Positions 1 through 13,398 are shown, numbered from the stretch's first letter. The stretch: 64,000 bases of DNA from an uncultured Methanosarcinaceae archaeon (GCA_963733675.1 CAVTET010000004.1:128001-192000), one strand, 5' to 3'. Translations and numbers: made by a program. The notes: generated by a model not told the origin, from the letters alone.

Positions 1-339
1 ATTATTGAGTTTTTCGATCCAGTAATTTATGATCCTTTCCGAATCGTAAATGTGCCTAGCTACGTGCAAGCAAGTGTAAGAGATAATTTCTATTTGCCCT
101 TTAGCCAAATAAGAATCAAAATCAGATACAGCTCCTCTTAAAATTTCTTTTGCTTCCTCAGCTTCAAGAGGTTGTGCAGTGATCCAGAGGCATAACTCAT
201 TGTTTTCCAATCCTGTTTTGAAATAAGGAACCAGAATCTCCGTCAAATCTTCTTTTGAATCATAAAATTGGCAGATATGCGTTCCCCAAGGCACATCTCC
301 AATAGTATCAATACCAGATCTTCTCAGGCTTTTGTTCAT
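1..339 (-). CDS. MEDS-domain sensor protein (probably MEDS/PAS histidine kinase), 5' part only; runs off the window
   Basis: Manual translation from ATG 339: MNKSLRRSGIDTIGDVPWGTHICQFYDSKEDLTEILVPYFKTGLENNELCLWIT..., a typical Methanosarcina MEDS N-terminus; not in ORF track. Confidence 0.85.
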   Translation of the reverse strand, partial: MNKSLRRSGIDTIGDVPWGTHICQFYDSKEDLTEILVPYFKTGLENNELCLWITAQPLEAEEAKEILRGAVSDFDSYLAKGQIEIISYTCLHVARHIYDSERIINYWIEKLNN

Positions 340-1255
340 CAACTCGTATCCAAGTTTGAGGGATAGAACACAAAAACTTAGTTCATTTGGTGTGTTTGAG
401 TCAGATTTGTTAGAAATTCTTTTGTCACATTGGGAATGCTATCCTACTATTGTTATATACCACAATAAGTAGATATAATAAATAACTAATATTAAATTTA
501 AAATTTATAAATAATATCCATTTGTAATTAATGAAGTAATCTGTTAATGTTAAAGTGATTATAATCTCAATTCATCTCGATTCCTATTTGTAGGCTAAAT
601 TCTCTTCTCCCAATGTTGCCATTATGGAAGGAATTATTCTATCATCAAAGTATAATATTTAAAAATTTATTTATACTATTTATCGTAAAATTTGGAATTT
701 AATAAGCAGGGAATCTTTTGCAACTAAATATATGCCTAAAATCACAAAATTATCATGACGTTTTGATGAATAGTAAGGCGACAATCTAATCAAATATACC
801 CGTAGTTACAAAAATTAACTTGTTCCCATCTGTACAAAAAAAGAATAATTAGTATTTCATCATGTGTTATAAAAATGTTGACATATATTGATTTATTAGT
901 TGTGTAAAAAAATCGACTAATAGATTAAAAATGATCTTTCTATCCTTTTTGTTTTATTAAAGTCGTTCGCTTACCCAATCATTAACAAGATATAGGATAT
1001 TGGCCATATAACCGATGGCATCCCAGTAAAAGCAAAAAAAGTATTAAAATGAGACTATTTAGTATTAAAATTGCAAACATTATGCAAGTGAAGTAAAAAA
1101 TCAAGCCAAATAGATATTGTGGTCAAATTCACAATTTAGGCAGTTGAAGATTTAAAGCTATAGATCTTCAGTTTAACTGCATAAGTCCTATAGTTAACTC
1201 AAAAATAGCTTCTATCAGGCTTCGAGTACATCCAAATTATGACTTGTCAGCTTTT

Positions 1256-1882
1256 TTATCTTACATCTTCTCTTAGCAGGTCGAGAACTTCCTCATCCGT
1301 GACATCATACCATTTCTCATAAGACTCCGCGACAGCCCTGAAGTATCGAGGAATTTCAAGCACTACGAGTTCATCGACTTTATTACCGATCTCTTCAGCC
1401 ACCTCTCTCCCAGCTACAGGTACTGCGACCACAATTTTTCTAGTTCCCCTCTTTTTACAGAGTTCAATGGCTGCTCTCATTGTAGAACCCATTGCAATGC
1501 CGTCATCGATAAGTATCACGGTTCTTCCTTTCATATCAGGCAAGGAATTTCCTCCTCTAAGAGTCTTTATACGCCTATCGATCTCTGCAATTTGCTGCTG
1601 TTTAATTTTCTCAATATTTACTCCTGATAGCCAGTAATATGCATTTTCAAAGATGAAAGTGCTTCCGTCCTCTGCTATTGCCCCAAAACCAGCTTCAGGG
1701 TTATCCGGAAAAGGCATTTTCCTTGCAATGATGAGGGAAAAATCTACTTTAAGATTCCTTGCAACCTGTAATCCTACTTCCACGCCCCCACGCGGAATAG
1801 CAAGAATGAGAGGGTTTTCTGCCTTGTACTTTTCAAGAGACTTGGCAAGTTTTTCTCCTGCATCTTTACGGTTTTTGAACAT
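1256..1882 (-). CDS. Phosphoribosyltransferase family protein
   Basis: MFKNRKDAG start, LAIPRGG and VILIDDGIAMGSTM PRPP-binding motif; AGGTGG RBS before ATG 1882. Confidence 0.9.
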   Translation of the reverse strand: MFKNRKDAGEKLAKSLEKYKAENPLILAIPRGGVEVGLQVARNLKVDFSLIIARKMPFPDNPEAGFGAIAEDGSTFIFENAYYWLSGVNIEKIKQQQIAEIDRRIKTLRGGNSLPDMKGRTVILIDDGIAMGSTMRAAIELCKKRGTRKIVVAVPVAGREVAEEIGNKVDELVVLEIPRYFRAVAESYEKWYDVTDEEVLDLLREDVR

Positions 1883-2342
1883 ATTCCACCTGATATTCAA
1901 TAATTGCTCCATTTTTATAAATGCAAACGTCAATTAAGTAATCCTGAAGAGCTCCTATAAACCTCGATGAAGGCTCTAAATGAAGAGCTATTTTAGGTAA
2001 ACATACTTCCAGGATATTCATTTCAACATCTTCGGGTTTGAAAACAAATTTATCCGAATATATCGATCAATACATACCAGCATTTACCTGGCAGAGCATA
2101 CCTTATATTTCTAAAAACAACTCTTGTTTCTTAATTACATTATTTGAACCTCCTACTTGTAAACATCTTCCGTACTCAAGAGTAAAGAAGTAGAAAAGTC
2201 ACTAGTGTCTCTTTAATCATTAATTGTCGAGTAAATGATTTTTGACTAAAAAAACAAGGTTTTATACTAAATGCCATAATGTCAAACTAAGGATATTGAG
2301 GACTACAGAGGATAAACGAAAACTTAATTTTAGTCCCGTAAA

Positions 2343-3110
2343 TTAAGGAAATATGCCAAAGCAGACTCGAAGATTTCTAAGAAAACGAGAGTACTGCTCG
2401 AAACGTACTTCATCTTTAGGATGAGACAGCAGCGTTAAATTAAGTTCTTTATTCCAACCAGCTCGTGACCTCATATACCGAAGAAAGAGTAGAGAAGGTG
2501 AAAGTTCTTCGGCTGAATAACCAACTGCGCATCCATTCAGTGCCCATTCACCCGGATTAATTCCTAGCATTGCACAGAATGATGAATTGTCAGCCAGTTG
2601 AGCTGTCGCAGAAACCAACTGGAATCCGAGATCAAGAGCTGTAGCCTTTAACCACATATTTTCCAAACAGTGTGCAAGTGATTGCTGTTCTACTCTAAGA
2701 AAACCCTTTTTCTCAGCTATTATGATGAAGTAGGGAGCTGTGCCAACACCTGGAACTTTCCCAATTTTCTTTATATTATCCAGCCGGTTTGTAAAACCAA
2801 TTGCTTGTTCACGGAGATGCGGGTCATTCTCCATAGCAAGTTCAAGTTTGGAAAGCATTGTTGAAACCTCTTCAAAGATAAGGGCCGCGGCAGTTGTCAT
2901 ACTTTTTGAACCCATTTTTAGGATGAAAAATCTTCGAAAATAATCCTTAGTGCTACTCGCAGCTGCAAATGGAGCATGAAGACCAGCGTCAATAATGCTC
3001 AATATATCTTTTTTTGAAGGGAATTCTTGCCAGAATCGCCTATGAGACCTTCTCTCAATTATTATTTGATCAAATATAATATTTTTTTGATTAGGTGTTT
3101 CCTTACTCAT
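2343..3110 (-). CDS. Nitroreductase family protein, C-terminus probably frameshifted near 2485
   Basis: ERRSHRRF, AGLHAP and ENMWLKATALDLG motifs; an alternative frame gives a plausible native end (..YEVTSWLE*). Confidence 0.75.
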   Translation of the reverse strand: MSKETPNQKNIIFDQIIIERRSHRRFWQEFPSKKDILSIIDAGLHAPFAAASSTKDYFRRFFILKMGSKSMTTAAALIFEEVSTMLSKLELAMENDPHLREQAIGFTNRLDNIKKIGKVPGVGTAPYFIIIAEKKGFLRVEQQSLAHCLENMWLKATALDLGFQLVSATAQLADNSSFCAMLGINPGEWALNGCAVGYSAEELSPSLLFLRYMRSRAGWNKELNLTLLSHPKDEVRFEQYSRFLRNLRVCFGIFP

Positions 3111-3420
3111 GTCTAGATCACATCCTCAGTTGCACAAAACCTAAATTTTTTTACGCACAGAGATATCATTATTATCTCAATTACAATTGAAAGGAGTTCT
3201 CTAGAGACTAAGCTCTCACAATATTTGAGACTTTTATAATTGCTCTTTGCTCTTTTGAGTGAGTCGAAAATAATTGCTTAGTCCTAAAGGTACAAAACTA
3301 AACAAGAAAAAGCAATCTTAAACTTTATTTTCGAAGCAGAGGTTTTCAAATATTACAGCTATTACATCCACAATAGAAAGTACTCTATTACCCATTTTAA
3401 ATAGTGAAGAACTATTAAGA

Positions 3421-3580
3421 CTTAAACTGCTGAATCGATAAATCAAGTGCATTAAATTTTCATCACTTGAAACTAATGAAGTTACTCCATTTTTGGACAG
3501 GTTCTTTTTCTACATCTTTGGGAACCCTTAGATTTGTAGTTAAGATGAGTTATAGGCCCATAGTTAAGATGAGTTATAGA
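3421..3580. repeat. Dispersed degenerate repeat (related copy at ~9690-9810) with a local duplication of TAGTTAAGATGAGTTATAG
   Basis: CTGAATYGATAAATCAAGTGMATTAAATTTTCA is shared by both loci. Confidence 0.5.
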
Positions 3581-3833
3581 GCAACGAAAATGCTAATTTA
3601 TCCATTTTTTAAAATAACCTCCTGCATAAATTAATACCAATATAAAGGCTGAGATTGTATTTTGACCTCTTGCTTATACATGCCTTTGATTCCTCTGAGA
3701 GATCTTCTCTACATATATTTTTTCATTAACAAAAAATATCATAAAAACTAAATACATCGATTCAGACAAAAATAAAAGCTGATCGAATATAATATTAAAT
3801 TTTTCAAAACTTTTTCTAATAAGGAGTTCTTTA

Positions 3834-4142
3834 CTACTCAATCGGAATATTTCTTGCGCACATAAAACTTTCTTTATAGGGAACCCGAATTGTGAGCATT
3901 CCCTTATTATTCACAGCAATAGCCTTTTCGGGATCTACTGGTCCATCAAGGAAAAAAGCTCCCAGATATTCCACGGTTTTACTGAAAGCCTTCAGATAAA
4001 AACTGTTTTCATGCATTACAAGGGTTATATTTTCATTCCTTACATCGGGAAGTTCAACTTCTAGGGTCAAATTTTCGCGTTTATCATCATAATACATCGC
4101 TAGTATCGGAATTTTTAATATCCTAGGCACAGAATTATTCAT
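3834..4142 (-). CDS. Hsp20/alpha-crystallin family small heat shock protein
   Basis: LEVELPDV...PVDPEKAIA..KGMLTIRVP alpha-crystallin signature; GGAGGGG RBS before ATG 4142. Confidence 0.8.
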   Translation of the reverse strand: MNNSVPRILKIPILAMYYDDKRENLTLEVELPDVRNENITLVMHENSFYLKAFSKTVEYLGAFFLDGPVDPEKAIAVNNKGMLTIRVPYKESFMCARNIPIE

Positions 4143-5550
4143 GCAATCTCCCCTCCGAAATCTTGAAGTGCAGTTCATAACTTTATTCGCTTTTTACACC
4201 ATCACTTTTTTAATTTGATGTCAATAAAGTACTGCAACTTTAAAACACCATTTGAGTCATTAGCAGCTGCTATTTCCTGGCTTACCAGACAGCAGAACGA
4301 ATAGATTTCTCATTTTCAACTTCTTGTTTAGCAGTTTTTACATAAATGCCATTTTCAATAATCTATTTGTTTGATGTTATTTCCAACATGTACTTAGTGA
4401 CTTGTATCAGTTTTTTTTGTTTCCACCCCAGTGAAATTGGAGTATAACTATTTCAATAAATGGAAACATAATTATTTGTTGCACTATAAATATACATAAT
4501 CACGAAAAAATCAACTATATAATAATAAGGTTTCTATTATAAATAAGAATGATTTCACAAAAAAATTAATTGCATTATACTTTTCTTAAAACTTATACAG
4601 TTGCAAGTTCTATAAATATCATGGATTTTTTTCCGGGCTTTTTAGGAAGTTTAATTATATTACTGTATTCATCAGGGCATATTCATAAAAAATAGATAAA
4701 TGTTTTACCGAATTCACATAAGTGAATATAATTACTGACTTTTAAAAATGAATATTTTTACAGAATTTTAAAAAGCAATTACGTAAAAAGTTAAAAATAT
4801 CTAAGTAATTTTTATTTCAAACCTATATTTTTGATAACTCAAATATTCCATATGTTATAGAAATATACATGTATCCCCCTATTTATCGCCTAATATATGT
4901 AAAAAATTGCAATAAACATATCGTAAAATTAAATAAATATTCTTGTTATCGATTTTTAATCTGAATTAATTCGAGATAATTCTTCTATAACCCTAATTTG
5001 CCAGTTTATTTTTATGTTGGAAAAATATTTTCATATCTGATAAAAATGAAGAATTAATCATTATGGTCAATAAATTTTTTACCCATTTTTAGAATTCTAT
5101 TTGACAGACTATTCTATCTCTCTGGATGATTATTTTCTTAATTTTTGATCAAATTTTTGGTATTGAATTCAACAGATGAATAGCTAACAGATTAAATCTA
5201 AATACTGTATAATAAAATATATATCAAAAATGTTAAAATGGGAACAAATATCTACACTTTCATTTTTGTGTGTTTATGGAGCTGAAAAAACAGCAAATTA
5301 GAAGAATTTTGATGAAATGTTAGTATTCTGTCAAATGGTTTTTGACGAAAAAAGACGATTTCACACTAAATAGAATTTATACTGTCAAAATAAGGCTATT
5401 AAAACCAATTTTTCTAGCAAAATCTCGGTTTTCTAGTGTAATTATATGTACAACAAAAATATATCGTCTTTTGAATGCTAAAAAATTATCTTCCTATTTT
5501 CAGAGTTTCCGGAGACGATCTGAGTACATTGGAGACATCTAGGAAATAGC

Positions 5551-6920
5551 ATGGTGACAAAAAAGGAGACATCTTATAATTTATCTCCTTTTTTATCTGG
5601 CATGTCTAAAATAAGGAAAAAAACAAGTACTTGAATTACAGCTGCTTTATATGATGAAATTTAAAAAGCTGGCTATGCAAGCCTGGCCATTGCAGTTACA
5701 AAAAATTTAGAGCTACTACTTTAGAGAATAAACGGAAATAACCGGAGATAATCGGAGACCAAGAATAAACAATTGGAAATCGAAAATAAGAACCTAAAAA
5801 ACTAGATTGAAAGTTTAAGTATACTCTTGAACTTAGAGGCTATTCGAAAAGTCCTGCTGATCTTAATGTTATCAATGCGCACGCTAAATGTAGGATAGCA
5901 AGGTAATTTTCAATTTTCTTTTCCCATCTTATAAGGAGTCTTCTGAATCTATTCAGCCAAGAATGTGTCCTTTCTACAACCCATCATCTTGCCCTAAAAC
6001 CAGGTGTCTCTTCTTATGTTTTCTTCTCCACGACTTTTGATATGCGCAGTATAACCATATTCTTCAACCAATTTTCTGATATCGTTGAAATCATAACCCT
6101 TATCCATGCATATATTCTGAATTATGTCTTCTGCAGAAGGTCTTTCAAAGAATATGGCGTCTAAAGTCCTTTTTACAAGCTTTTTATCGTGACGATTGGC
6201 TCCATCAACGACAACAGAAAGTGGTATGCCTTTACCATCAGTTAAAATACTCCTTTTTGTACCTTTTTTGCCACGATCAGTAGGATTGGCTCCTGTTCCA
6301 GCTCCACTAATGGTGCTTTTGTCATAGCACCATCAATTGATTATCATTCCCATTCTAATCCTTTTTCGAAATCAGACTCAACAAGACCAGCCAGCCACAT
6401 GCTCTCAAATAAGCCTGATAGTTGCCATTCCTGAAATCGATAATGTACAGTGCTTGGAGCTCCATAAAATCGGGGCAATGCTTTCCATTGGCAAACAGTA
6501 AAAAGGAGATAGAAAATGCCACTCATTATTTTCCTATCACCCTTTCTAGGTCTTCAAGACTTCTTTTTTGGCTTAGGTACAGGTAGTAAAGGTTATATTC
6601 TTCCCCAATAATCTTTAGAAAGTTTGTAGTCCTGAACAATTTTCCGTTTTCTCATTACCACACATGATCTTAAATTGAAAGTAGATTATTTTTCGAATAG
6701 GCTCTTAGACCAGATCCTTTAGAAATTGCTCAGCTCCGCGCTAGATACAAAGAGTTACAGGCATACAATGAACCCTAAAGACTAACTTAATAAGGCAGAC
6801 CTGTATAAAGAGGACCTCAAAGAAACTCATAAAATTTATATGATACAAGTTCAAACATTCATCAATCAAAAAACAATAGAAACACTTAAAGCTAAAAAAC
6901 CATGGTGGAAATTTTGGTAA
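5551..6920 (+). pseudogene. Decayed coiled-coil protein ending KKPWWKFW, interrupted by an IS5 element
   Basis: Removing the IS joins ...LEL|RPDPLEIAQLRARYKELQAYNE...; the gene ends QVQTFINQKTIETLKAKKPWWKFW* at 6920; several stops. Confidence 0.6.
5836..6704 (-). mobile_element. IS5-family (IS1031-like) element, 869 bp, transposase inactivated
   Basis: TIRs GAG(G/C)CTATTCGAAAA, TTA target duplication (5833-5835/6705-6707), transposase fragments (CQWKALPRFYGAPSTVH, NPTDRGKKGTKRS, RWVVERTHSWLNRFRRL). Confidence 0.93.
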
Positions 6921-7482
6921 ATTAAGCATCTATGTATCTACTTCCAATAGATGAAGATATCAAGAAATAACATGTAGAGATCACGACTATATATTACTGA
7001 CCCATGTAACAGTTATTAAGAACAACTGCTTTAATGAATTAAAAACCGTTTAAAGGTGTTTTAGCCCAACTTTTTGCACAATAGCGTAACGTTAGTATGA
7101 TGTTATTGCTCTTGGATCTCTTTTGTCAGATTTGATCAACAATCCCCACTCCATTTATCCATAACATTTTTTTCGATAAGGAATCGTTCACCGATGAATA
7201 TAAGGAATAATGTTTTCCCGAAGTCGCACAAATTACAATATCCCGAAAAATGATTTAAACAAAAAGATTAGCAGTATCAATAAGGTAATCAAGAAAATTG
7301 CCAACCAAACCCCTAAACTTAGCAATAATACGAAGAAAAGTACGACCAAAAACAATATAATCGAAATAATATCCGTTATCAAAAACATTATCAATACCAG
7401 CAAATTAGTCCTTCTTGTATATATGGGGTAGATCTTCTAGTAAAAATAAATTGAGTTTTGTGGAGAATATTTAAACAATTAA

Positions 7483-7722
7483 CTACTTTTGCTCTTCTTT
7501 AAACCTAGCAACCTTGACAACAACCCCAAAGTGATCTTTTTTATTCTCTGAAACTACATTCATTTTTCGACATTCTCTTCTCCCGTAGTCTTCAAAAAAG
7601 CACCGTTCCAGTATCCACATACATCCCAAACAGTCTCCTACATTTGGTACATCATTTAGGGTCTCAAGAAGCTTTAGATCACGTTGAGTCATATTTACAT
7701 ACCCAGTTGTACCATTTAGCAT
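7483..7722 (-). pseudogene. Relic of a terminase-small-subunit-like gene, paralogous to 39555-39971
   Basis: CMWILERCFFEDYGRRECRKMNVVSENKK aligns with CLWILERRFSADFGRRVYRKINSVSDNKN. Confidence 0.65.
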
Positions 7723-8225
7723 TATTTATTACACAAATGGAGAATATACACTTAAACTATAAAATCCTTGAAAAACAACAGAGCTCTTAGATTGGTACTC
7801 AGTAATCGTCATCAGATTTTAAACTTTTGACAATTTCAAGCCTTAAAGACTGTAGACCAGTCTATAGTTCTCATGTTCCTCTATCCAGTGAAATTCATTT
7901 AATATATGAAATTTTTTACATATGTAGAACATTTTATAGACTTTACTATCTATTTACACAGTAATTTTCTCATTCAGTGAACATTTATGTACCAATGATA
8001 TATGTATTTTTTAATAAATATATCGCAATTTAATAATTATAAGAATGAGTCATGCACTTTAACAAAAAATAAACACATTTGAAATTTGTGCCCTGGATAA
8101 TCAAATGAAAGGACCAATTAGGAATAATTGATGATTAACTTATTTTGAACTCTCTTAAACATATATTTCTAGGTTTATATAAAGGGAAAAAAACATATTC
8201 TTGGAACATTTTTGAGAATATTCGT

Positions 8226-8598
8226 TCATTCATCGTAATAAGGTATTTCGAAAATAGCAGGATACTTTTCTTTTAATCGCATGAGGAATTTTGTGTCTAA
8301 TTTTGCACTATGAAGTGTTTTCACTTTAGAAAATTGGTTAAGTGATAAATGGCAAGCTCCTTTAAGTTTAGCTTCTTTCAAGTTAACTCCTATAAGGTAA
8401 GTCCATTTAAGGTTAGCTCCTTCAAGGCGTGCTCCTTCAAGGTGAGTTCCTTCAAGGTTAGCTCTTTTAAGGTTAGCCCAAAAGGTTAGCCCCCATAAGG
8501 TTAGCCCCTTCAAGTTTAGCTTCTATGAGGTCAGCTCTTTGGAGGTTAGCTCCTTGGAGGTTAGCTCCTTGAAGGTCTTTTCTCTCTAGAATATTCAT
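8226..8598 (-). pseudogene. Pentapeptide-repeat protein, frameshifted
   Basis: ATG 8598 gives [24 protein letters not shown]...; a 1-bp loss near 8480 shifts into the [20 protein letters not shown] frame. Confidence 0.8.
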
Positions 8599-9065
8599 AA
8601 ACAATTAATTGTTTTAAACTACAATAAAAGTTACTATCTTAGAAAGATATCTTCTGTTCTCAGGATTTAGTTTTTAAAATTGTATCGATTTCCCTTGGGA
8701 TTGTCAAATTAACTCATACTTGCAGATTTTTTAATTCACTTTCACTGAAATAGATACCATTTTGAAAATTTTTGACTTCTCATTTTTGCTTCTTCTATTT
8801 TTGCCTTAAAACTGAAAAAAGACATCGATTTCATTGCAAAATATGCGTTGTGTAACTTAGTATAGAAAGATAGTAGAAATCAACAGAGCAGAAAGAAATT
8901 ATGTCGAAATTCAATGCATTTTCTTCATTTGATAAAGTGCTGATTTTTATTGTGAAGATTATAATAGCAAAAATATGGGGAAAATAACGAAGATGAAAGA
9001 TAAACAGGATATTTCAAAGTTCATCTTGAAAAACCTTTTGTATTATCGAAAAGAACATTAAAACT

Positions 9066-9656
9066 ATGAAGAAATCAATTGGTGCAAAAACACTTGCATT
9101 TCCGACACCAACTTGGGTTGTGGGAACTTATGACATGAATGGAAAGCCAAATGCAATGACTGTAGCATGGGCCGGAATTTGCTGTTCGACTCCTCCATGT
9201 ATCAGCATATCTCTACGAAAAGCAACCTATAGCTATGCCGGTATCGTGGAAAACAAGGCATTTACTGTGAATATCCCCTCTGAAAAACATTTAATGGAGG
9301 CCGATTACTTTGGCATCGCAAGTGGGAGGGATGAAAATAAATTTGAGTTAGCATGCCTTACCCCCATAAGAAGTGAGCTTGTCCCTGCTCCTTACGTAGG
9401 AGAGTTCCCAGTTGTCATTGAATGTAAACTACTTCATACCATTGAAATTGGGCTTCACACCCTATTTGTAGGAGAGATTATGGATATAAAGGCAGAAGAA
9501 TCCATACTTGACGAAAATGGGAACCCTGACATTGAGAAAATCAGACCTGTTGTATATGGGACCGGGAACAGAAGCTATTATGGCATAGGGTGTAATCTTG
9601 GAAAAGCTTTCTCAATAGGGAAAGAATGCTCAATTAAAAAGAACGAAAATATATAA
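9066..9656 (+). CDS. Flavin reductase family protein (flavoredoxin-like)
   Basis: [40 protein letters not shown] and HTLFVGEI motifs. Confidence 0.9.
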   Translation: MKKSIGAKTLAFPTPTWVVGTYDMNGKPNAMTVAWAGICCSTPPCISISLRKATYSYAGIVENKAFTVNIPSEKHLMEADYFGIASGRDENKFELACLTPIRSELVPAPYVGEFPVVIECKLLHTIEIGLHTLFVGEIMDIKAEESILDENGNPDIEKIRPVVYGTGNRSYYGIGCNLGKAFSIGKECSIKKNENI

Positions 9657-10408
9657 TACTACTCAAAATAGCGAAAAGCCATTTACGACTTACACAGCTG
9701 AATTGATAAATCAAGTGAATTAAATTTTCAGTTATCTAAAAAAATGAATCTTATTACAATATCTTGTTTAAAGTGTAGATTCAAAATCTCAATTATAGCA
9801 CATAGTTAAGTTTTGACACAACCTGAAAAGATCATCTTGCTGATTTGGGATCCAAAATAATCTACAATCAAGTATTATTTTTCAATTATATACGAGGTTA
9901 GGAATTCCTTATCCACGTAAGGACTGCCGTACTGGAATGTAACACTACAGTACAATTGTTTGGCCAGTTAGATCATTGGGCGACATAATGAAGCTACATC
10001 GTAGCCGAGAACTTCTGATCCATTTTTTTGGCATTATCAATATCTTTCAGCAGAGAAGCTCAAATCTAGCCGGTTTAAGGTCCCGAAAATTTAGTCGACG
10101 ACTTTTCCCTGTTCATTGTTTGTGATAGTTATGTTCTACTTTACAATGTAGCTTTTTTCGCCTTGGATCTGAATTCAGATCAATTTTTTAGTGAATAGTT
10201 ACTTCACAATTTAAATTATTATTATACTGATGGAGCTTTAAAAGTTATGATAAGTTCTATAAAAAAGAACATCAAAATCAGTTTTAGAAGTTAAAAAATA
10301 TAATTTTAAAGTAGAAATGTTTAATTTATAGCGCGAAGTATTAACCCATGTGTAATTGTTTAGTTATTTTTCATCATTAATATATAAACAAATATCCGGA
10401 GACTGGAA

Positions 10409-11362
10409 ATGAAAAAAGTTAAATACGATCCAGCAAGTCAAAGTCATACAATCCTAACGTTTTTAGGAATCATTGCACTGGCGGTTTTAATGTTAGTGAG
10501 TATCGCAAATGCTGCGCAATTTGCAGATCAAATCAACTCTCCGAATCACTCAATAAATTTGTACGATAAAGGAGTTGCTTTAAAAAAATTAGGTAAATTA
10601 GACGAAGCTATAAAAGCATATGACGAAGCACTTGAAATTAACTCACAGTATTTTGAAGCTTGGAACGGAAAAGGACTTGCTCTAAGCAAATTAGGTAAGT
10701 TAGATGAAGCCATAAAAGCTTATGACAAAGCAATTGAAATTAACCCACAGTATGCAGATGCCTGGTACAATAAAGGAAATACTCTATGTCAATTAAGCAA
10801 GTTCGATGAAGGTATAAAAGCATATGACAAAACTATTGAAATTAACCCGCAGTATTCAAATGCTTGGTACAATAAAGGAAATGCTTTAGATGATTTAGGT
10901 AAGTATGGTGAAGCCATAATAGCATTTGACAAAGCACTTGAAACTAACCCGAAGTTTTCATATGCTTGGAACAATAAAGGAAAAGCTCTAAGCAACTTAG
11001 GCAGGTACGATGAAGCCATAACAGCATACGACAACGCGATTAAAATCAACCCACAGGATTCAAATGCTTGGTTCCAGAAAGGCGCCGCTCTAGGAAAATT
11101 AAGCCGGTTCAATGAAGCCATAGCAGCATACGACAAAGCGATTAAGATTAACCCACAGGATTCAAATGCTTGGTTCCAGAAAGGCGCCACTCTAAGAAAA
11201 TTAGGCAATTTAGATGAAGCCATAAAAGCATATGACAAAGCAATTGAAATTAACCCACAGGATTCAAATGCTTGGATCAATAAGGGCGCTGCTCTAGGGA
11301 AATTAGGCAAGTCAGATGAAGCCATAAAAGCGTATGACAAAGCAATTGAACTTAACCAATAG
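10409..11362 (+). CDS. Secreted or membrane-anchored tetratricopeptide repeat protein
   Basis: Hydrophobic N-terminal leader followed by ~8 TPR units (AW.NKG.AL..LG..DEAIKAYDKAIEINPQ). Confidence 0.92.
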   Translation: MKKVKYDPASQSHTILTFLGIIALAVLMLVSIANAAQFADQINSPNHSINLYDKGVALKKLGKLDEAIKAYDEALEINSQYFEAWNGKGLALSKLGKLDEAIKAYDKAIEINPQYADAWYNKGNTLCQLSKFDEGIKAYDKTIEINPQYSNAWYNKGNALDDLGKYGEAIIAFDKALETNPKFSYAWNNKGKALSNLGRYDEAITAYDNAIKINPQDSNAWFQKGAALGKLSRFNEAIAAYDKAIKINPQDSNAWFQKGATLRKLGNLDEAIKAYDKAIEINPQDSNAWINKGAALGKLGKSDEAIKAYDKAIELNQ

Positions 11363-12013
11363 GATTCATAGCATGGGATAGTAAAGGAACTTTATCTATA
11401 ATAAATTAAATAAATCTGATTTGTAGGTTGAATAGTTATATTAATTCTCATTTATTTTTTATCCTTCGTGAGATAAATGTAGCAACTTTTTGGCTTTAAA
11501 ATATAACATCCATTTTAATAAAAACTGTGTATTTCCTAAATGCTCAGGTAAAATTATCCTTTCACTTCGGCTGAAAAATCTAAAAATAGATAGATGTTAA
11601 TACAAACGACAATCTGTCCATAAACTATTCTATCCTAAAAACATGAATCTAAAAATATGTTATTCTTATTATCAGAGAACCGCTCAATATATACAATCAC
11701 ATTAAAAATATTTTTTCCCCCTTGGCTTTTTGCTAACCACCTGGGGGATCAATAGGGGTAGCTCTAAGAGCCATGTCAGATTGAACAAGCAGGTGCTTAT
11801 AGACCTTGCGATCGTCTATGCTTCCAATTATTCGGTTTTATGACAGTCATTTATTCTATCAATTATATGAGTTCAAAAGAAATCCAAATTAAATTTTTTG
11901 TTTATAGAGTTTGGTTTTATTGCTGGCGTTCTTGAGTATGGAAATCAAACACAAATAAGGTTGTTTAGAGTGACATGTTTTAGAAATTTCAGTTAAAATT
12001 ATTTGATTGGCAA

Positions 12014-12297
12014 CTATCCATTTACTATTACTGATTTTGTAATCGTAGAATTCTCTCTAAAGGGTGCAATCTTCAGGTACTCCACCGAATTAAAGCAATT
12101 TAGTAACTGTTCTTCGGTTTCGAACTCGATCAGGACCAGTCTTTCGGGATTCCAGTTTCCAAACATTGGAATAACCTTTCCTCCCCGAACCAGATACCTG
12201 CCTCCATGTTTTTTTACGATTTCGGGAACTTTCTCAGCATATTTGTATACAGTTCATTGTCCAAGACTTTGATTTTTATTAGCATATAAACCGGCAT
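12014..12297 (-). pseudogene. DUF1330 family protein, frameshifted
   Basis: MPVYMLIKIKVLDNELYT then frameshift into YAEKVPEIVKKHGGRYLVRGG...RLVLIEF. Confidence 0.75.
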
Positions 12298-13398
12298 TTT
12301 TTCCTTCCATCTACTCTCTTTTAAATAGGCACAATATCAACCCCATTATCCCATAGCATATCAATATGTGTACCTTCCGAAATCCAGACACTAAAGCAAG
12401 TAAATAAGCACCTTTAGATATGTTTTACATATAGCTTGAATCCATTATTCGTAATATAAATACTAAAGAAAAAAAAGGAGAAGATAGTAAATGATATTAT
12501 ATTTTTGAATATATATAACAAATGGAATCATTTTTTCGTAATATAAATACAGACGAAAAATGGGCGAAGACGACTAAAAATATAATTTTATATATATTTA
12601 TATTAATATGTACACTTATTAATACTTACAACTAGATGTAAGCACAAAATAACTCTATTTAGACCTATATTTTAATAATTATTTACTTTGTAGATTATAA
12701 TTTTATTTAGATAGGATTTTCAAATTTAAGTCTCTTTACTTTTCCATATCAAAAACCACATAAAAGGATGCGACCCCACAATTAAATAAAATAAATCCAT
12801 TAAAATTCTTCAATTGGGTCTAGATGATTATGGCTATGGACGTTGTTTTACCTAGGCTGAATAGTTATTAATACTGTTTTTCTGGATCAAGATGTGAATA
12901 TGGACAACTCTATTATGCATAGATTTTATACTAAAATCTCTGAATTTCCTAAGTTCCATTCAGAATAAGAAAACATTGAAGATCTGTTGCATATGGAGCT
13001 TGGGGAGCTTATAGAATATATGGAGTTTATAGAACATCTGGAACTAATTAGCTAAATCCCAAGCCTAAATAGATAAATCCTGAAAAGTTGTCATCATAAT
13101 TCAGAGAATCAGATTATGTGGATTCTACACATAGTTTAGATTATCATTATATAGTATATTTGCAAAAAAGACATATTATGTGTCTAAAAACGAGTTGTCA
13201 AAGGTCGCTTAAACCGATTTATTAGGCTGTAGGCACCCCCTCTTCATGCAGTTTATAAAAGCTACTTTTAACATATTAAAGCAGAATGATCACTAAAATA
13301 AGTCAACATCATTATTCTTTTGCGAGTAAATCATATAACTCACAGTTCTAAATTTTTATAACTGGAATTGTACTAATTAGTTGAATGTCCCAATTTAG

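Noticed and set aside
10789-11340. Long antisense ORFs (also 25316-25831, 30227-30703, 32681-33184, 53943-54335, 59676-60065)
   Set aside because: Shadows of real genes on the opposite strand, with no recognisable motifs
11360-11362. Pyrrolysine readthrough of the TPR gene amber stop
   Set aside because: A second in-frame TAG follows two codons later and the residual TPR is frameshifted; simple decay explains it
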